Shown in pieces: positions 40,920-51,108 of a stretch of DNA of 64,000 nt. The DNA is taken from positions 14,424 through 78,423 of the forward strand of contig CAXHZO010000012.1 of NCBI GenBank assembly GCA_964022095.1, read 5' to 3'. Under the pieces are notes generated by a model. It made no database searches. It worked only from the letters and a program-made list of their open reading frames with translations, and was not told the DNA's origin. The position numbers and the translations under genes were made by a program. Each line of letters begins with the position of its first letter. Within the stretch, counting starts at the first letter, position 1. Source of the DNA: an uncultured Arcobacteraceae bacterium (GTDB lineage Bacteria > Campylobacterota > Campylobacteria > Campylobacterales > Arcobacteraceae).

Positions 40920-42273
40920 AGTTTTTACACTCCTTACATACTTTTGCAAACTCTTTTATAGCTTGTATTATTTCATCTTCTTTAAATCCACCAAATCCCA
41001 TAGCATATAAATCATCTTTTCTATTATATATTTTTATATTTACTTTTTGAGTTTCTTTTAAAAGTAATTCTTTATTAATATTACTATTTAATTTTATAAG
41101 GATATTTAAGCCACTTCCTTCTCTTATGATTTCCATTTCATCTTTTAACTCTTTTTTTAAAGACTCTTTCATTAGATTGTGTTTTTTTCTATTTAGAGTT
41201 CTTACTTTTCTTATATGTTTGATAAAATACTCTTCTTTTAAAAATAGCTCTAATGTTTTTTGTATATCAATAGAAATACCTGAAAATGGATAGTCAAAAC
41301 ACTCTTTGTATTTTGAAATTAAGCTTTTTGGTAATATTAAGTATCCCACTCTTAGAGCTGGAGAAAATGATTTTGAGACAGTTCCAAAATATATTACTCT
41401 ATCATTATTGTTTATTCCTTGAAGGGCAGGAATTGGTTTGTTGTAATAACTTAATTCACTATCATAGTCATCTTCTATTATATAGCTATTTGTTTTTTGT
41501 GCCCATTGAAGGATTTTTATTCTATTTGCTATTGGTATTGTAACACCAGTTATATATTGATGTGCAGGAGTTAGATATATTAGTTTTGATTTGATTTTTT
41601 CAAGGTCATTTAAATCTATTCCTTGTTTTGTCATTGAAAGGTACTTTATATCATAAGACATTTGTGTAAATACTTTTTTTGCAACCCTATAAATATCCCC
41701 TTCAATAGCAATACTACTTGTAAAGTCTTTTAATAATAAAGAAACAATAAACATTGCATCTGAAAAACCACTACAAAGAACTATTTGATCTTCACTACAA
41801 TTAACTCCCCTTGAAGACCTTAAATATTTTTTTAACTCAATTCTTAATGATTCTAATCCTTGTGTATTTACATATGAGCCAAAATCAATATCTTCTTTTA
41901 ATACTTTGTTATAAACTTTATTCCATGCTTTTATAGGAAAAGTATCGCTACTTAGTTTTGCTGGATAAAAATCATATTTATATTTTTTAGTACTTGTATT
42001 TTTGTTTTGTTCATCAATAGGTTTAGTTAAGTCTTGATATAAATCTTCACTTACATAATAACCTTTTTGAGCAATACTATCTATGTACCCTTCTGCATAT
42101 AGTTGATTATAAGCATTTTGTACAGTATTTTTACTAAGATTATATTCATTTGCTAAAGTTCTAATAGAAGGTAGTTTTTCTCCAGCTTTTCTTGTGCCAT
42201 CTTTTATTCTTTCTTTTATTTGTTCATACAATTGAATATAAAGTGGTATGTCAGATTTTATAAATTTATACAT
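40918..42273 (-). CDS. MocR/GabR-family PLP-dependent transcriptional regulator
   Basis: GntR HTH PLYIQLY...LPSIRTLA...SKNTV; IIEDDYDSE; SKSFSPALRVGY; likely start ATG 42273 rather than 42315. Confidence 0.9.
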   Translation of the reverse strand: MYKFIKSDIPLYIQLYEQIKERIKDGTRKAGEKLPSIRTLANEYNLSKNTVQNAYNQLYAEGYIDSIAQKGYYVSEDLYQDLTKPIDEQNKNTSTKKYKYDFYPAKLSSDTFPIKAWNKVYNKVLKEDIDFGSYVNTQGLESLRIELKKYLRSSRGVNCSEDQIVLCSGFSDAMFIVSLLLKDFTSSIAIEGDIYRVAKKVFTQMSYDIKYLSMTKQGIDLNDLEKIKSKLIYLTPAHQYITGVTIPIANRIKILQWAQKTNSYIIEDDYDSELSYYNKPIPALQGINNNDRVIYFGTVSKSFSPALRVGYLILPKSLISKYKECFDYPFSGISIDIQKTLELFLKEEYFIKHIRKVRTLNRKKHNLMKESLKKELKDEMEIIREGSGLNILIKLNSNINKELLLKETQKVNIKIYNRKDDLYAMGFGGFKEDEIIQAIKEFAKVCKECKN

Positions 42274-42324
42274 AACTGTCCCTATAAAAAATTTATTTTT
42301 TGTATCTTGTGGCAAGTACAGTTT
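42274..42324. promoter_or_regulatory. Candidate MocR operator
   Basis: Inverted AACTGT (42274-42279) / ACAGTT (42318-42323) with internal TGTATC, between divergent genes. Confidence 0.35.
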
Positions 42325-42362
42325 AATGATATAGTACCATAATTATTTAAAAAGGAGCTAGA

Positions 42363-42965
42363 ATGTTATTTCTTGGTATGACAAAAAATAAAGAGCTAAT
42401 AGAAGAAGTTTTAACAGAAGTTGAGTATGGAACACTTGCTTTATGTAAAGATAATATTCCATATAGTCTTCCTATAAATTTTATATATGAAAAGGGTGCT
42501 ATATATTTTCATGGTTCAAAAAAAGGTAAGAAAAAAGAGTATATAAATAATAATAAATATGCCTCTTTTAGTATTGTTGAACCATACTCTGTGATACAAT
42601 CATATTTTAGTAGTGATAGTGAATTGTCTTGTCCTGCAACACATTTTTTTAGATCTGTTAGTTGTGATGGTCTTATGATTATAGTTCAAGATTATGATGA
42701 AAAAGTAAAAGCACTAGAACTTTTAATGAAAAAATTACAACCAGAAGGTAAATATATACCTATGGAAAATAAAGAAATATATGAAAAAAAGATAAATGGT
42801 GTTGAAGTTTTTAAACTAAATATAGAAAATATCAGTGGGAAATTAAAATTAGGTCAAAACCTACCTAAAAAGAGATTTGAAATGGTTTTAAACTACCTTG
42901 AAAAAAGAGGTTATGATATAGATAGACAAACTATTTCAAAAATGAAGGAGTATAGAAATGATTAA
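42363..42965 (+). CDS. Pyridoxamine 5'-phosphate oxidase-like FMN-binding protein
   Basis: YGTLAL..DNIPYSLPINF, IYFHGSKKGKK, GKLKLGQN. Confidence 0.82.
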   Translation: MLFLGMTKNKELIEEVLTEVEYGTLALCKDNIPYSLPINFIYEKGAIYFHGSKKGKKKEYINNNKYASFSIVEPYSVIQSYFSSDSELSCPATHFFRSVSCDGLMIIVQDYDEKVKALELLMKKLQPEGKYIPMENKEIYEKKINGVEVFKLNIENISGKLKLGQNLPKKRFEMVLNYLEKRGYDIDRQTISKMKEYRND

Positions 42966-43524
42966 ATATAAAATTGCAGATCTTAGTGATATAGATGATG
43001 TATTAAAACTACATAAAAGATATCAAGTTGATACTATTAATGAAGAAGATAAAAAAGATGGTTTTATTACAACTTCATTTTCTAAAGAGTTACTTGAAAA
43101 ATTAATTAATGAAGAGCAAGGTCTTTTTATAGCAAAAAAAGATGATAATATAGTTGCTTATGCGATGAGTGCTTCATGGCAGTTTTGGTCTATTTGGCCA
43201 ATGTTTGTACATATGATTAATGATTTAGAAAATTTAAACTATTTAGGTCAAAAACTTACTGTGGAAAACTCTTATCAATACGGTCCAGTTTGCGTGGATA
43301 AAGAAGTTAGAGGGAAGGGGATATTGGAAGATTTATTTGATTTTGCAAGAGTTGAAATGAATAAAAGATATCCTATTTTAGTAACATTTATAAACAAAAT
43401 TAATCCAAGATCATATGAGGCTCACACTAGAAAACTAGGATTAGAAGTTATTCAAGAGTTTGAGTTTAACAATAACAATTACTATGAATTAGTTTATGAC
43501 ACATCAAAAAGTAAAATATTGTAA
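42958..43524 (+). CDS. GNAT acetyltransferase
   Basis: YGPVCVDKEVRGKG, NPRSYEAHTRKLG. Confidence 0.8.
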   Translation: MIKYKIADLSDIDDVLKLHKRYQVDTINEEDKKDGFITTSFSKELLEKLINEEQGLFIAKKDDNIVAYAMSASWQFWSIWPMFVHMINDLENLNYLGQKLTVENSYQYGPVCVDKEVRGKGILEDLFDFARVEMNKRYPILVTFINKINPRSYEAHTRKLGLEVIQEFEFNNNNYYELVYDTSKSKIL

Positions 43525-43528
43525 GGGG

Positions 43529-43558
43529 ATCAAATCTTAACAATAGTTAAGATTTGAT
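43529..43558. terminator. Probable bidirectional intrinsic terminator
   Basis: Perfect 13-bp stem ATCAAATCTTAAC-aata-GTTAAGATTTGAT between convergent genes. Confidence 0.65.
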
Positions 43559-43565
43559 TATAATT

Positions 43566-43985
43566 TTATTTTTTATCTACACTTAATTTACCTGCTCCAA
43601 TAAACATCAATGCAATTGCTGATAACATGAATAATAATGGCAATTCTATAGCTAATCCACCAGTCTTATCATTTATTGATAGTATTTCTGAAGAGTGTAC
43701 TAAATAAATAGCAAATGCCATAGTTGATGCAAATATTAGACTACTAATTCTTGTATACAATCCTATTATTAACATAATTGGTATAATGATTTCTCCTAAA
43801 TAAACTCCATAAGCTAAAAATTCTGGTAATCCATTATTTACAACTAAAGCTTTTATACCATCAATTCCATGAGTAGCTTTACTAACTCCATGAAATAGCA
43901 TTAAAAAACCAAGTGTTAGTCTAAGTATAAGTTTTCCTAAATCAGGGCATAGTATTTGACCTAAAAAATTTTCTATTTTATTCAT
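43566..43985 (-). CDS. DoxX family membrane protein
   Basis: LILRLTLGFLMLFHGVSK, IGLYTR, GAGKLSVD. Confidence 0.88.
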   Translation of the reverse strand: MNKIENFLGQILCPDLGKLILRLTLGFLMLFHGVSKATHGIDGIKALVVNNGLPEFLAYGVYLGEIIIPIMLIIGLYTRISSLIFASTMAFAIYLVHSSEILSINDKTGGLAIELPLLFMLSAIALMFIGAGKLSVDKK

Positions 43986-44143
43986 TTTTTCTCATCCTTT
44001 ATAATAAGTATTATCATTATAGTAAAATAAATTTAAAAAGATATTACTAATTAGTATAATAATTAATATTTTTTTAATTATGAAACTAGACAAAAAGTAA
44101 AGTTATTGTATAATGGTACCTATTATAAAAGTAAAGGAACTTA

Positions 44144-44491
44144 ATGGAACAATTACCAAACTGTCCAAAATGTGGAAGTGAATACACTTATGAAGATGGA
44201 GATTTATTTATCTGCCCTGAGTGTGCACATGAGTGGTCACAAGATTCATCTTTAGAAGCAGATGATGATACTTTAGTAGTAAAAGATGCAAATGGAACAT
44301 TACTACAAGATGGAGATGATGTAACAGTTATTAAAGACTTAAAAGTTAAAGGTAGTTCTTCTGGTATAAAAGTTGGTACTAAAATTAAAGGTATTAGGTT
44401 AGTTGATGGTCATGATGGTCATAACATCGATTGTAAAGTTCCAGGTGTTGGAGCTATTAAGTTAAAACAAGAGTTTGTTAAAAAGTCTTAA
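44144..44491 (+). CDS. yjdM: Zinc-ribbon protein YjdM/PhnA
   Basis: [39 protein letters not shown]. Confidence 0.9.
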   Translation: MEQLPNCPKCGSEYTYEDGDLFICPECAHEWSQDSSLEADDDTLVVKDANGTLLQDGDDVTVIKDLKVKGSSSGIKVGTKIKGIRLVDGHDGHNIDCKVPGVGAIKLKQEFVKKS

Positions 44492-44493
44492 TT

Positions 44494-45330
44494 ATGAAAT
44501 ATCTAATTTCCAATGAAAATATTAAAGTACCTAATATGATTTATGGTACTGCTTGGAAAAAAGATAATACAACACACCTAGTTAAAACTGCTATTAAAAG
44601 TGGTTTTAAAGGTGTAGATACTGCATGTCAACCTAGGCACTATCAAGAAGATTTAGTAGGAATTGCACTAAAAGAGTGTTTTGATGAGGGTATTTTACGT
44701 AATGATATTTTCATCCAAACAAAGTTTACTCCTCTTAGTGGGCAAGATCAAAATAACATGCCATATAAGGTAACTGATAGTTTAAAAGAGCAAGTTCAAA
44801 AATCATTTGAAAAATCAAAGAAAAATTTAAATTTACAGTATATAGATTCGTACATTCTTCATACTCCAATATTACCTATAGCACATACTTTAACAGTATG
44901 GGAACAAATGCAAGAGTTTTATTATAATAGAGAAATAGGACAATTGGGAATTTCGAACTGTTATGATTTAGAAACACTTCAATATTTATACAATAATTCA
45001 GATATTAAACCTTCAGTAGTTCAAAATAGGTTTTATAATCATACTAACTATGATAAGGATATTAGAATTTGGTGTAATGAAAATGGAATTATTTATCAAA
45101 GTTTCTGGTCACTGACTGCTAATCCACATTTATTAAATAGTAATATAATTAAAAATTTATCTTCAAAATATAAAAAAACTGTTGAGCAAGTTTTCTATAA
45201 ATATTTAAATAGTATTAATATTATTCCTCTAAATGGAACAACATCAAAAGAACATATGAAGAAAGATTTAGATTTAGATAGTTTTGAGTTACCCCAAAAT
45301 GAAGTTGATTTAATCAATGAAATTTTGTAA
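44494..45330 (+). CDS. Aldo/keto reductase
   Basis: IYGTAWKK, GVDTA, FIQTKFT, LGISN, VVQNRF. Confidence 0.88.
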   Translation: MKYLISNENIKVPNMIYGTAWKKDNTTHLVKTAIKSGFKGVDTACQPRHYQEDLVGIALKECFDEGILRNDIFIQTKFTPLSGQDQNNMPYKVTDSLKEQVQKSFEKSKKNLNLQYIDSYILHTPILPIAHTLTVWEQMQEFYYNREIGQLGISNCYDLETLQYLYNNSDIKPSVVQNRFYNHTNYDKDIRIWCNENGIIYQSFWSLTANPHLLNSNIIKNLSSKYKKTVEQVFYKYLNSINIIPLNGTTSKEHMKKDLDLDSFELPQNEVDLINEIL

Positions 45331-45340
45331 GATAGAAAAT

Positions 45341-46072
45341 CTATCTTACGTCTATTCCATATTTCTTTAAAATATTAACCCAAACAATTTTATTTCCTTT
45401 TGGATCAAACATTGCAGGTGTTCCTTGAACTCCCATTTGTAGTGCTAATTCAATATTTTCATCTAATTTTTTAGTTAGTTTTTCTTTTTCACCAGCTTTA
45501 AACTTATGATTTTTAAACTTATCATCTTTTGCAGTTACATTTAGCATCGCATTAACTTTATCTTGTGGTGTTTTTTGACTCATTACATATAAAGATAAGT
45601 CATATGCATTTTTATGAAAATCAAGAGGATAATAGAAAACTCTAATTTTTACTTTATCTTCAATTTGAGGGAAATATGACTCAAACTTTCTACAATAAGG
45701 ACACTCAGGATCAGTAAATAGAATATATTCATCACTTCCTGTCCCAAATGTGAAGGCTTCTTTTCCTTTTAATATTGAAACATCAACTGGCATTGATAAT
45801 GGCATACCATTATTAACATCTAATACGTCACCTGAAATTAAATATTTTTTATCTTTTGATAAATAGATTGTATCAACTGCATTTTGAGCTTTGATATTTA
45901 AAATATATAAAGAATCAGCATCGATACCTTTTGTAATAGAAATTCCAGATTTTTTAAAGATATTTAGTTCTTCCATCTTCTTAATATCTGATTTTGATAA
46001 TTCACTTTGTGCAAATAATGTACTTGCAAGTAAAGTTGAGCCTATTACTAATTTTTTTGTATTATTAAACAT
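45341..46072 (-). CDS. DsbC-family thiol:disulfide interchange protein
   Basis: Signal peptide, FTDPECPYC, GVQGTP. Confidence 0.88.
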   Translation of the reverse strand: MFNNTKKLVIGSTLLASTLFAQSELSKSDIKKMEELNIFKKSGISITKGIDADSLYILNIKAQNAVDTIYLSKDKKYLISGDVLDVNNGMPLSMPVDVSILKGKEAFTFGTGSDEYILFTDPECPYCRKFESYFPQIEDKVKIRVFYYPLDFHKNAYDLSLYVMSQKTPQDKVNAMLNVTAKDDKFKNHKFKAGEKEKLTKKLDENIELALQMGVQGTPAMFDPKGNKIVWVNILKKYGIDVR

Positions 46073-46131
46073 TTATTATCCTATTGAAAATTTATATTAT
46101 GATACTATTTAATTGTTAACCAAACGTAAAA

Positions 46132-47289
46132 TCAAATATTTTTTAATTGTTCTTTCATATTTTTAGCTGCAAGTGCATACCCACCATTTGAAGAATCTAC
46201 AAAATGAATATGTTTTCCGTGCCTTTCAAATATTATGCAAGTCATTAAAGCTGAATCAGTTTTATGAATACCATAAACTATATTGTTCTTTTTAAACTCT
46301 TCTTCTAAATACTCTTCAAGTTTTTTTGTAGAGTCTTTATTTAATGATACTACCATTCTAATCATATCATCAAATTTTTCAGTGTCTGTTGTTCTTAGAA
46401 TTCTATTTTTATAATCAGACCACTGTCCTGAATCTTTTTTCATTAAAAAGTACCCAATTGTATTTTCTAATATCATTTGGGAAAATTTAAATATTTTTTG
46501 AAAAAAGTTATTAGAAAATAGTGAAGCTTCTGCATTTAGTTCCATTAGGTTATAACTTAGACTTAAATTTGAACTATCTAAAATAGGGTGTCTTAAGTCA
46601 TAAGAACCTGTTATGTCTTCTATTGATTTAATTATATTTTTATAAATAAGTTTTGAACTATCATCATCTTTTATAGCTTTAATTAATATAGATAAAGTTT
46701 CATCTTTTGGTGAAGGAATATTTTGCCATCTACACTCTAAGCCATCAAAGCTAGAGATATATTCTGATTCAAACTCATCTTTAATTGCATATTTCTCTTC
46801 ATCTTTTTTTAGTAGTTCTTCTGCTAGTTCTAAACCATTTCCTCTAATAATTGCTTGTGAATGTTCTTTAGATAAGGATAGTTTAGAAATTTCAATTTTA
46901 GTTCCATTCTCTTTTAACTCTTTTACACTTATAATTCCAATTCTAAGCTCTAAATCATAACTTTCTTTGGCTTTTTTTTGTGAATCAATTAAAACTTTTT
47001 TAGCTTCGCTGATTATAGAATTTGGTATCAAAACACTAGCTCCATCTCCACCAAAAGAAAATGGTAAATCAAGCTTTCTATTTATATTCAACACTCCAAT
47101 AATAAGGAGTGATGCTACAAAGTTTACTTGTTTGTACATACCAGATTCAATAGATTTTGTAGAGTTTTTTATATCACTAACTACTACACACCAATCATCA
47201 GGTACTTCTATAAAGTACTTATCTTCAGTGATTTGTGAAAAACTTGTAAAGGTGTTTAAATTTTTATAAAAATCTATTGTATTTTTCAT
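46132..47289 (-). CDS. DUF3095 family protein
   Basis: PDDWCVVVSDIKNST, PFSFGGDGA, GLECRW, KFDD, HFVD..GGYALAAK. Confidence 0.82.
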   Translation of the reverse strand: MKNTIDFYKNLNTFTSFSQITEDKYFIEVPDDWCVVVSDIKNSTKSIESGMYKQVNFVASLLIIGVLNINRKLDLPFSFGGDGASVLIPNSIISEAKKVLIDSQKKAKESYDLELRIGIISVKELKENGTKIEISKLSLSKEHSQAIIRGNGLELAEELLKKDEEKYAIKDEFESEYISSFDGLECRWQNIPSPKDETLSILIKAIKDDDSSKLIYKNIIKSIEDITGSYDLRHPILDSSNLSLSYNLMELNAEASLFSNNFFQKIFKFSQMILENTIGYFLMKKDSGQWSDYKNRILRTTDTEKFDDMIRMVVSLNKDSTKKLEEYLEEEFKKNNIVYGIHKTDSALMTCIIFERHGKHIHFVDSSNGGYALAAKNMKEQLKNI

Positions 47290-48185
47290 GTTATAAACTC
47301 AAATATTATTGCAGTTGTTAAAAATGATATTAAAATACCATAACCAACAATTGCTGAACTAAGTCTAGGCGCAAGTCCTGCCATTGATGCAATTGCACCA
47401 GCTGTAATCATAGGAGCCATTCCAGCTTCCATAATAGATACTATTGAAGCTTGATTATTCCATCCGAAAATAAAACATATCCCAAAAGCAATTAATGGTG
47501 CAATAATAAGTTTTATACTCAAAGCAACACTAAAAGGCTTTATATCTTCTTTTTGTAATTTTAGTTGTAGTTGTAATCCAACTGCGACTAAAGCAATAGG
47601 AACTATTGTACTAGAAAAAGCTTCTAAAACCTTTGAAATAGTCTCATTAAACTCTACCCCAATTAAAAAAAGTGCAATTAGAAGTGAAATGAAAGGAGGA
47701 AAAGTTAGAACTTTTACTAAAATTATTTTAAAACTTAGTTCACTTTTATTAGAGTAATACGAAGCAATAAATGTTCCATAAGTAGCAAGAGCTATAAAAG
47801 TACCAAGTTGATCATAAACCAAAACGTAAGGTAGCGCAGAATCTCCCATATAGGCATTTAGTATTGGAATACCCATAAATGATGAGTTTGTTAAAATAGA
47901 TACTAAAAGAAGAGAACCTGTAATTTCCCTTGAGAAATTAAAAAATTTACTAAGCCCTAAGACAATAAATACACTAATAGTCATTACTAACCATGATACA
48001 ACTATGGGAATAATTGCATCTACTGAGAAGTTTAATTTTGGTATTTGTAATAGTATCATTGCTGGTAAAGATATATATATTACAAATAAGTTAAGTATTG
48101 CAGGTGCTTCTTTTGAAAATATTTTTAATCTATTAAGGCCATAACCTATTGTTATGGCTAAAAGTATTAATATGAAATTTTCCAT
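47286..48185 (-). CDS. AEC family transporter
   Basis: FVIYISLPA, NSSFMGIP, KLIIAP, EAGMAPM. Confidence 0.88.
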   Translation of the reverse strand: MENFILILLAITIGYGLNRLKIFSKEAPAILNLFVIYISLPAMILLQIPKLNFSVDAIIPIVVSWLVMTISVFIVLGLSKFFNFSREITGSLLLVSILTNSSFMGIPILNAYMGDSALPYVLVYDQLGTFIALATYGTFIASYYSNKSELSFKIILVKVLTFPPFISLLIALFLIGVEFNETISKVLEAFSSTIVPIALVAVGLQLQLKLQKEDIKPFSVALSIKLIIAPLIAFGICFIFGWNNQASIVSIMEAGMAPMITAGAIASMAGLAPRLSSAIVGYGILISFLTTAIIFEFIT

Positions 48186-48203
48186 ATAATTTCTTATATA
48201 TTA

Positions 48204-48566
48204 TTATTTCGTATCACACTGAATTTCTCCAGTTATTGAGCCAAACTCTTCAACATAATCTATCCCCCATTTGTACATTTCATCTAAAATAGGTTTTAAT
48301 CTTTTTCCTGCACTACTTAAAGAGTAAACAACTTTTGGAGGAACTTGGGCAAATACTTCTCTTACTATAATATTTTTTTCCTCTAATTCTTTTAATTTTA
48401 TTGTTAAAGTTTTTTGTGTAATTTCACTAATCTCATGATGTAAATCTTTGAATCTTTTATCTCCATCAAGTAAGTGCCAAATAATTGCTAATTTCCATCT
48501 ATCATTAAATATATCTAATGTTACAGAGACTGAACATTTGTACTCTTTATCATTTATTATATACAT
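48204..48566 (-). CDS. HxlR-family winged-helix regulator
   Basis: CSVSVTLDIFNDRWK, ITQKTLTIKLKELE, VPPKVVYSL. Confidence 0.9.
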   Translation of the reverse strand: MYIINDKEYKCSVSVTLDIFNDRWKLAIIWHLLDGDKRFKDLHHEISEITQKTLTIKLKELEEKNIIVREVFAQVPPKVVYSLSSAGKRLKPILDEMYKWGIDYVEEFGSITGEIQCDTK

Positions 48567-48616
48567 TATTAAATCCTTTATTAATTAAATTATATCATAA
48601 AAGAATTAAATTCTTA

Positions 48617-48638
48617 TTACTTACCTAAAGTAAAGTAA
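48617..48638. promoter_or_regulatory. Candidate HxlR operator
   Basis: Imperfect palindrome TTACTTACCTAAAGTAAAGTAA between divergent hxlR-like and mdaB-like genes. Confidence 0.45.
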
Positions 48639-48689
48639 GAGAAAATTAAGTTTATAGAGATTATAATTTTCATCTTAAAAGGAGTTAAT

Positions 48690-49277
48690 TTGAAAAATGT
48701 ATTAATAATTAATGGTCATCAATACTATGAAAATATTGCAGAAGGGAATTTAACAAATAGTATTATTGAAAAAACTAAATATTTTTTAGAACAAAATAAT
48801 TTTAATGTAAAAATTTCAAATATTGATAAAGGGTTTGATAAAAAAGAAGAGGGTGATAATCTGTTATGGGCAAATTATGTAATCTTACAATATCCAGTTT
48901 ACTGGATGGGACTTCCATGGATTACAAAAAAATATTTTGATGAAGTTTTAGCTCAAGGTGTACATTATTTAAGTGATGGAAGAAGTAGAACTGATAGCTC
49001 TAAACTTTATGGAAGCGGAGGACTACTAAAAGGAAAGTATATGCTATCTTTAACATATAACTGTCCAGAAAGTGAGTTTGGAGATATAGAAGGTTTTTTT
49101 GAGGGTTTAACTCTTGATCAAGCTAATATTGCAACTCATAAAATATTTCAGTTTTTAGGTTTACAGAAGATGAAAAGCTTCAGTATTCATGATATATTTA
49201 AAGGAAATTTAGATATAAATATTGAAATGAAAAAATTAGAAAATAGATTAAAAGAAAACTTTAACATTGGAGAATAA
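48690..49277 (+). CDS. mdaB: MdaB-like NAD(P)H:quinone oxidoreductase
   Basis: QYPVYWMGLPW..KKYFDEV, DGRSR...YGSGGLL.GKYMLSLTYN. Confidence 0.8.
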   Translation: MKNVLIINGHQYYENIAEGNLTNSIIEKTKYFLEQNNFNVKISNIDKGFDKKEEGDNLLWANYVILQYPVYWMGLPWITKKYFDEVLAQGVHYLSDGRSRTDSSKLYGSGGLLKGKYMLSLTYNCPESEFGDIEGFFEGLTLDQANIATHKIFQFLGLQKMKSFSIHDIFKGNLDINIEMKKLENRLKENFNIGE

Positions 49278-49279
49278 AT

Positions 49280-49909
49280 ATGGACAAAACATTTATGGAA
49301 GCTATGGATTTTAGACATGCTTGTAAGATTTTCGATGAAAATAAGAAAATATCAGATGAAGATATGGATTTTATTTTAGAAACAGGTGTAAAATCACCTA
49401 GTTCTTTTGGTCAAGAGCCTTGGAAGTTTCTAGTTATAACTAATGAAGAGTTAAAAGCTAAAATTAGGCCATTTTGTTGGGATCAACCACAAATTACTAC
49501 ATGTTCACATCTGGTAATAATTTTAGCCGCTATTGATGCTGTTAGACCCGAATCTGGTTTAGTTGAGAAAAAATTAGGAAGAAAAGGTTTTCCTAAAGAT
49601 AAATTAGAATTCTATACTGGAATTTATGCTTCTCATTTAGAAGATACTTTAAGTAGTGAAGAAAATATTTTCGCATGGACTGCAAGACAAACTTACATTG
49701 CATTGGGAAATATGATGACTGCAGCTGCTACAAAAGGTATTGACTCTTGTCCTATTGAAGGTTTTGAAAAAGAGAATGTGGAAAATATTTTAGGACTTGA
49801 TACAAGTAAATATCAATTATCAGTTGTTGTACCTTTTGGTTATAGAATAGATCCACAATCTTCTCAATTAAGAGAAGATAAAGAAAATATAATTGAGTTT
49901 ATAAAATAA
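49280..49909 (+). CDS. Nitroreductase family protein
   Basis: RHACKIFD, SPSSFGQEPWKF, GIDSCPIEGF. Confidence 0.9.
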   Translation: MDKTFMEAMDFRHACKIFDENKKISDEDMDFILETGVKSPSSFGQEPWKFLVITNEELKAKIRPFCWDQPQITTCSHLVIILAAIDAVRPESGLVEKKLGRKGFPKDKLEFYTGIYASHLEDTLSSEENIFAWTARQTYIALGNMMTAAATKGIDSCPIEGFEKENVENILGLDTSKYQLSVVVPFGYRIDPQSSQLREDKENIIEFIK

Positions 49910-49973
49910 CTATAAAATGATACTTTTAAATAAAAAAAACTACTAAAAACTAACAAAAATCTTAAAAAATAAG

Positions 49974-50010
49974 AAAATGATACTATTTTTATACTCTTTC
50001 TCTATATAAT
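49974..50010 (+). promoter_or_regulatory. Promoter with tandem ATACT box (copy 1)
   Basis: AAAATGATACT-attttt-ATACT-ctttctcta-TATAAT upstream of the FIST gene; extra AAAATGATACT at 49914-49924. Confidence 0.7.
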
Positions 50011-50031
50011 TTAATAATAAAAAAATTAAGG

Positions 50032-51108
50032 ATGAAAACTATGAAAGAAGGTATATACTATCCTTGCTTCAAAGATTTTTTGAAAGAGAATAAAAACAAA
50101 GAAAATAAGCAGTTTATACTAATAGCTGAATATAGTGATTTTGAAATGGAATATTTAAATGATTATAAAGGTGATATTGTAGGTGCAATTGTTCCTTTCA
50201 TTTTATACAATACAGAGTTTTATAATAAAGGTGTAATTGCATTTAATCTACCTGAAAACTCTGATTACTTATTTGTGGAGGATATGACTAATCTGAATAA
50301 GGAAGAAGTTGAATCCTTTGATATCGAATCTTTATTGGTAGTTTTAGATGGATTAAGTCCTAATATCACACAATTTTTAGATGACTTATTTGAATATGTT
50401 CCTGAAAATACACAAATTGTTGGTGGCGGCGCAGGAAAAATGACTTTTGAGCAAGATCCTGTAATTTTCTCTAAAAATAAAGGTATTCATAATAATGCTG
50501 CACTATTAATCAAGATTTCTAATAAGTTAAATATAGGAATTGAGAATGGATGGCAATACTTAGAAGGCCCATTTATAACAACCAGTTCAGAAAAAAATGT
50601 ATTAAAAACTTTAAATTTTAAAAATGCATTTGAAGTTTATAAAGAAATAGTTCAAAAAGATAGTGGAAAAACTTTTGATGATTCTAACTTTTTTGATATT
50701 GCAAAATCATATCCCCTTGGCATTGTTAAGTATGATAAAGAAGTAATAGTCAGAGATCCTATTTTAGTTGATGAAAACAATAACCTAGTTTTAGTTGGAG
50801 ATATTCCTCAAAACTCTTCAATTCATATATTAAAAGGTGATCCTGAAAATTTAATTGCATCTTCTTCCAAAGCTGTAAGTCAAGCAAGTAAAAACATAGA
50901 TCAAAAAAGCGCATTAGTTGTATTTGATTGTATTTCAAGAAGTATATATCTAGCAGATAGATTTGTAGAAGAGTTAGAAGGTATGAAAAATAATTTATCT
51001 TTTGATACAAATTTATGTGGTGCGTTAACATTAGGAGAGATTGCTAATAATGGCGATGAGTATATAACTTTTTATAATAAGTCTTGTGTTGTAGGTGTAT
51101 TATGCTAG
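50032..51108 (+). CDS. FIST (FIST_N + FIST_C) signal transduction protein
   Basis: VVLDGLS, IVGGGAG, SYPLG, VRDP, VFDCISR, GALTLGEI...FYNKSCV. Confidence 0.85.
   Translation: MKTMKEGIYYPCFKDFLKENKNKENKQFILIAEYSDFEMEYLNDYKGDIVGAIVPFILYNTEFYNKGVIAFNLPENSDYLFVEDMTNLNKEEVESFDIESLLVVLDGLSPNITQFLDDLFEYVPENTQIVGGGAGKMTFEQDPVIFSKNKGIHNNAALLIKISNKLNIGIENGWQYLEGPFITTSSEKNVLKTLNFKNAFEVYKEIVQKDSGKTFDDSNFFDIAKSYPLGIVKYDKEVIVRDPILVDENNNLVLVGDIPQNSSIHILKGDPENLIASSSKAVSQASKNIDQKSALVVFDCISRSIYLADRFVEELEGMKNNLSFDTNLCGALTLGEIANNGDEYITFYNKSCVVGVLC

Noticed and set aside
44000-44020. Fur/PerR-like box upstream of doxX
   Set aside because: Only one good TGATAAT half-site in very AT-rich DNA; could be chance.
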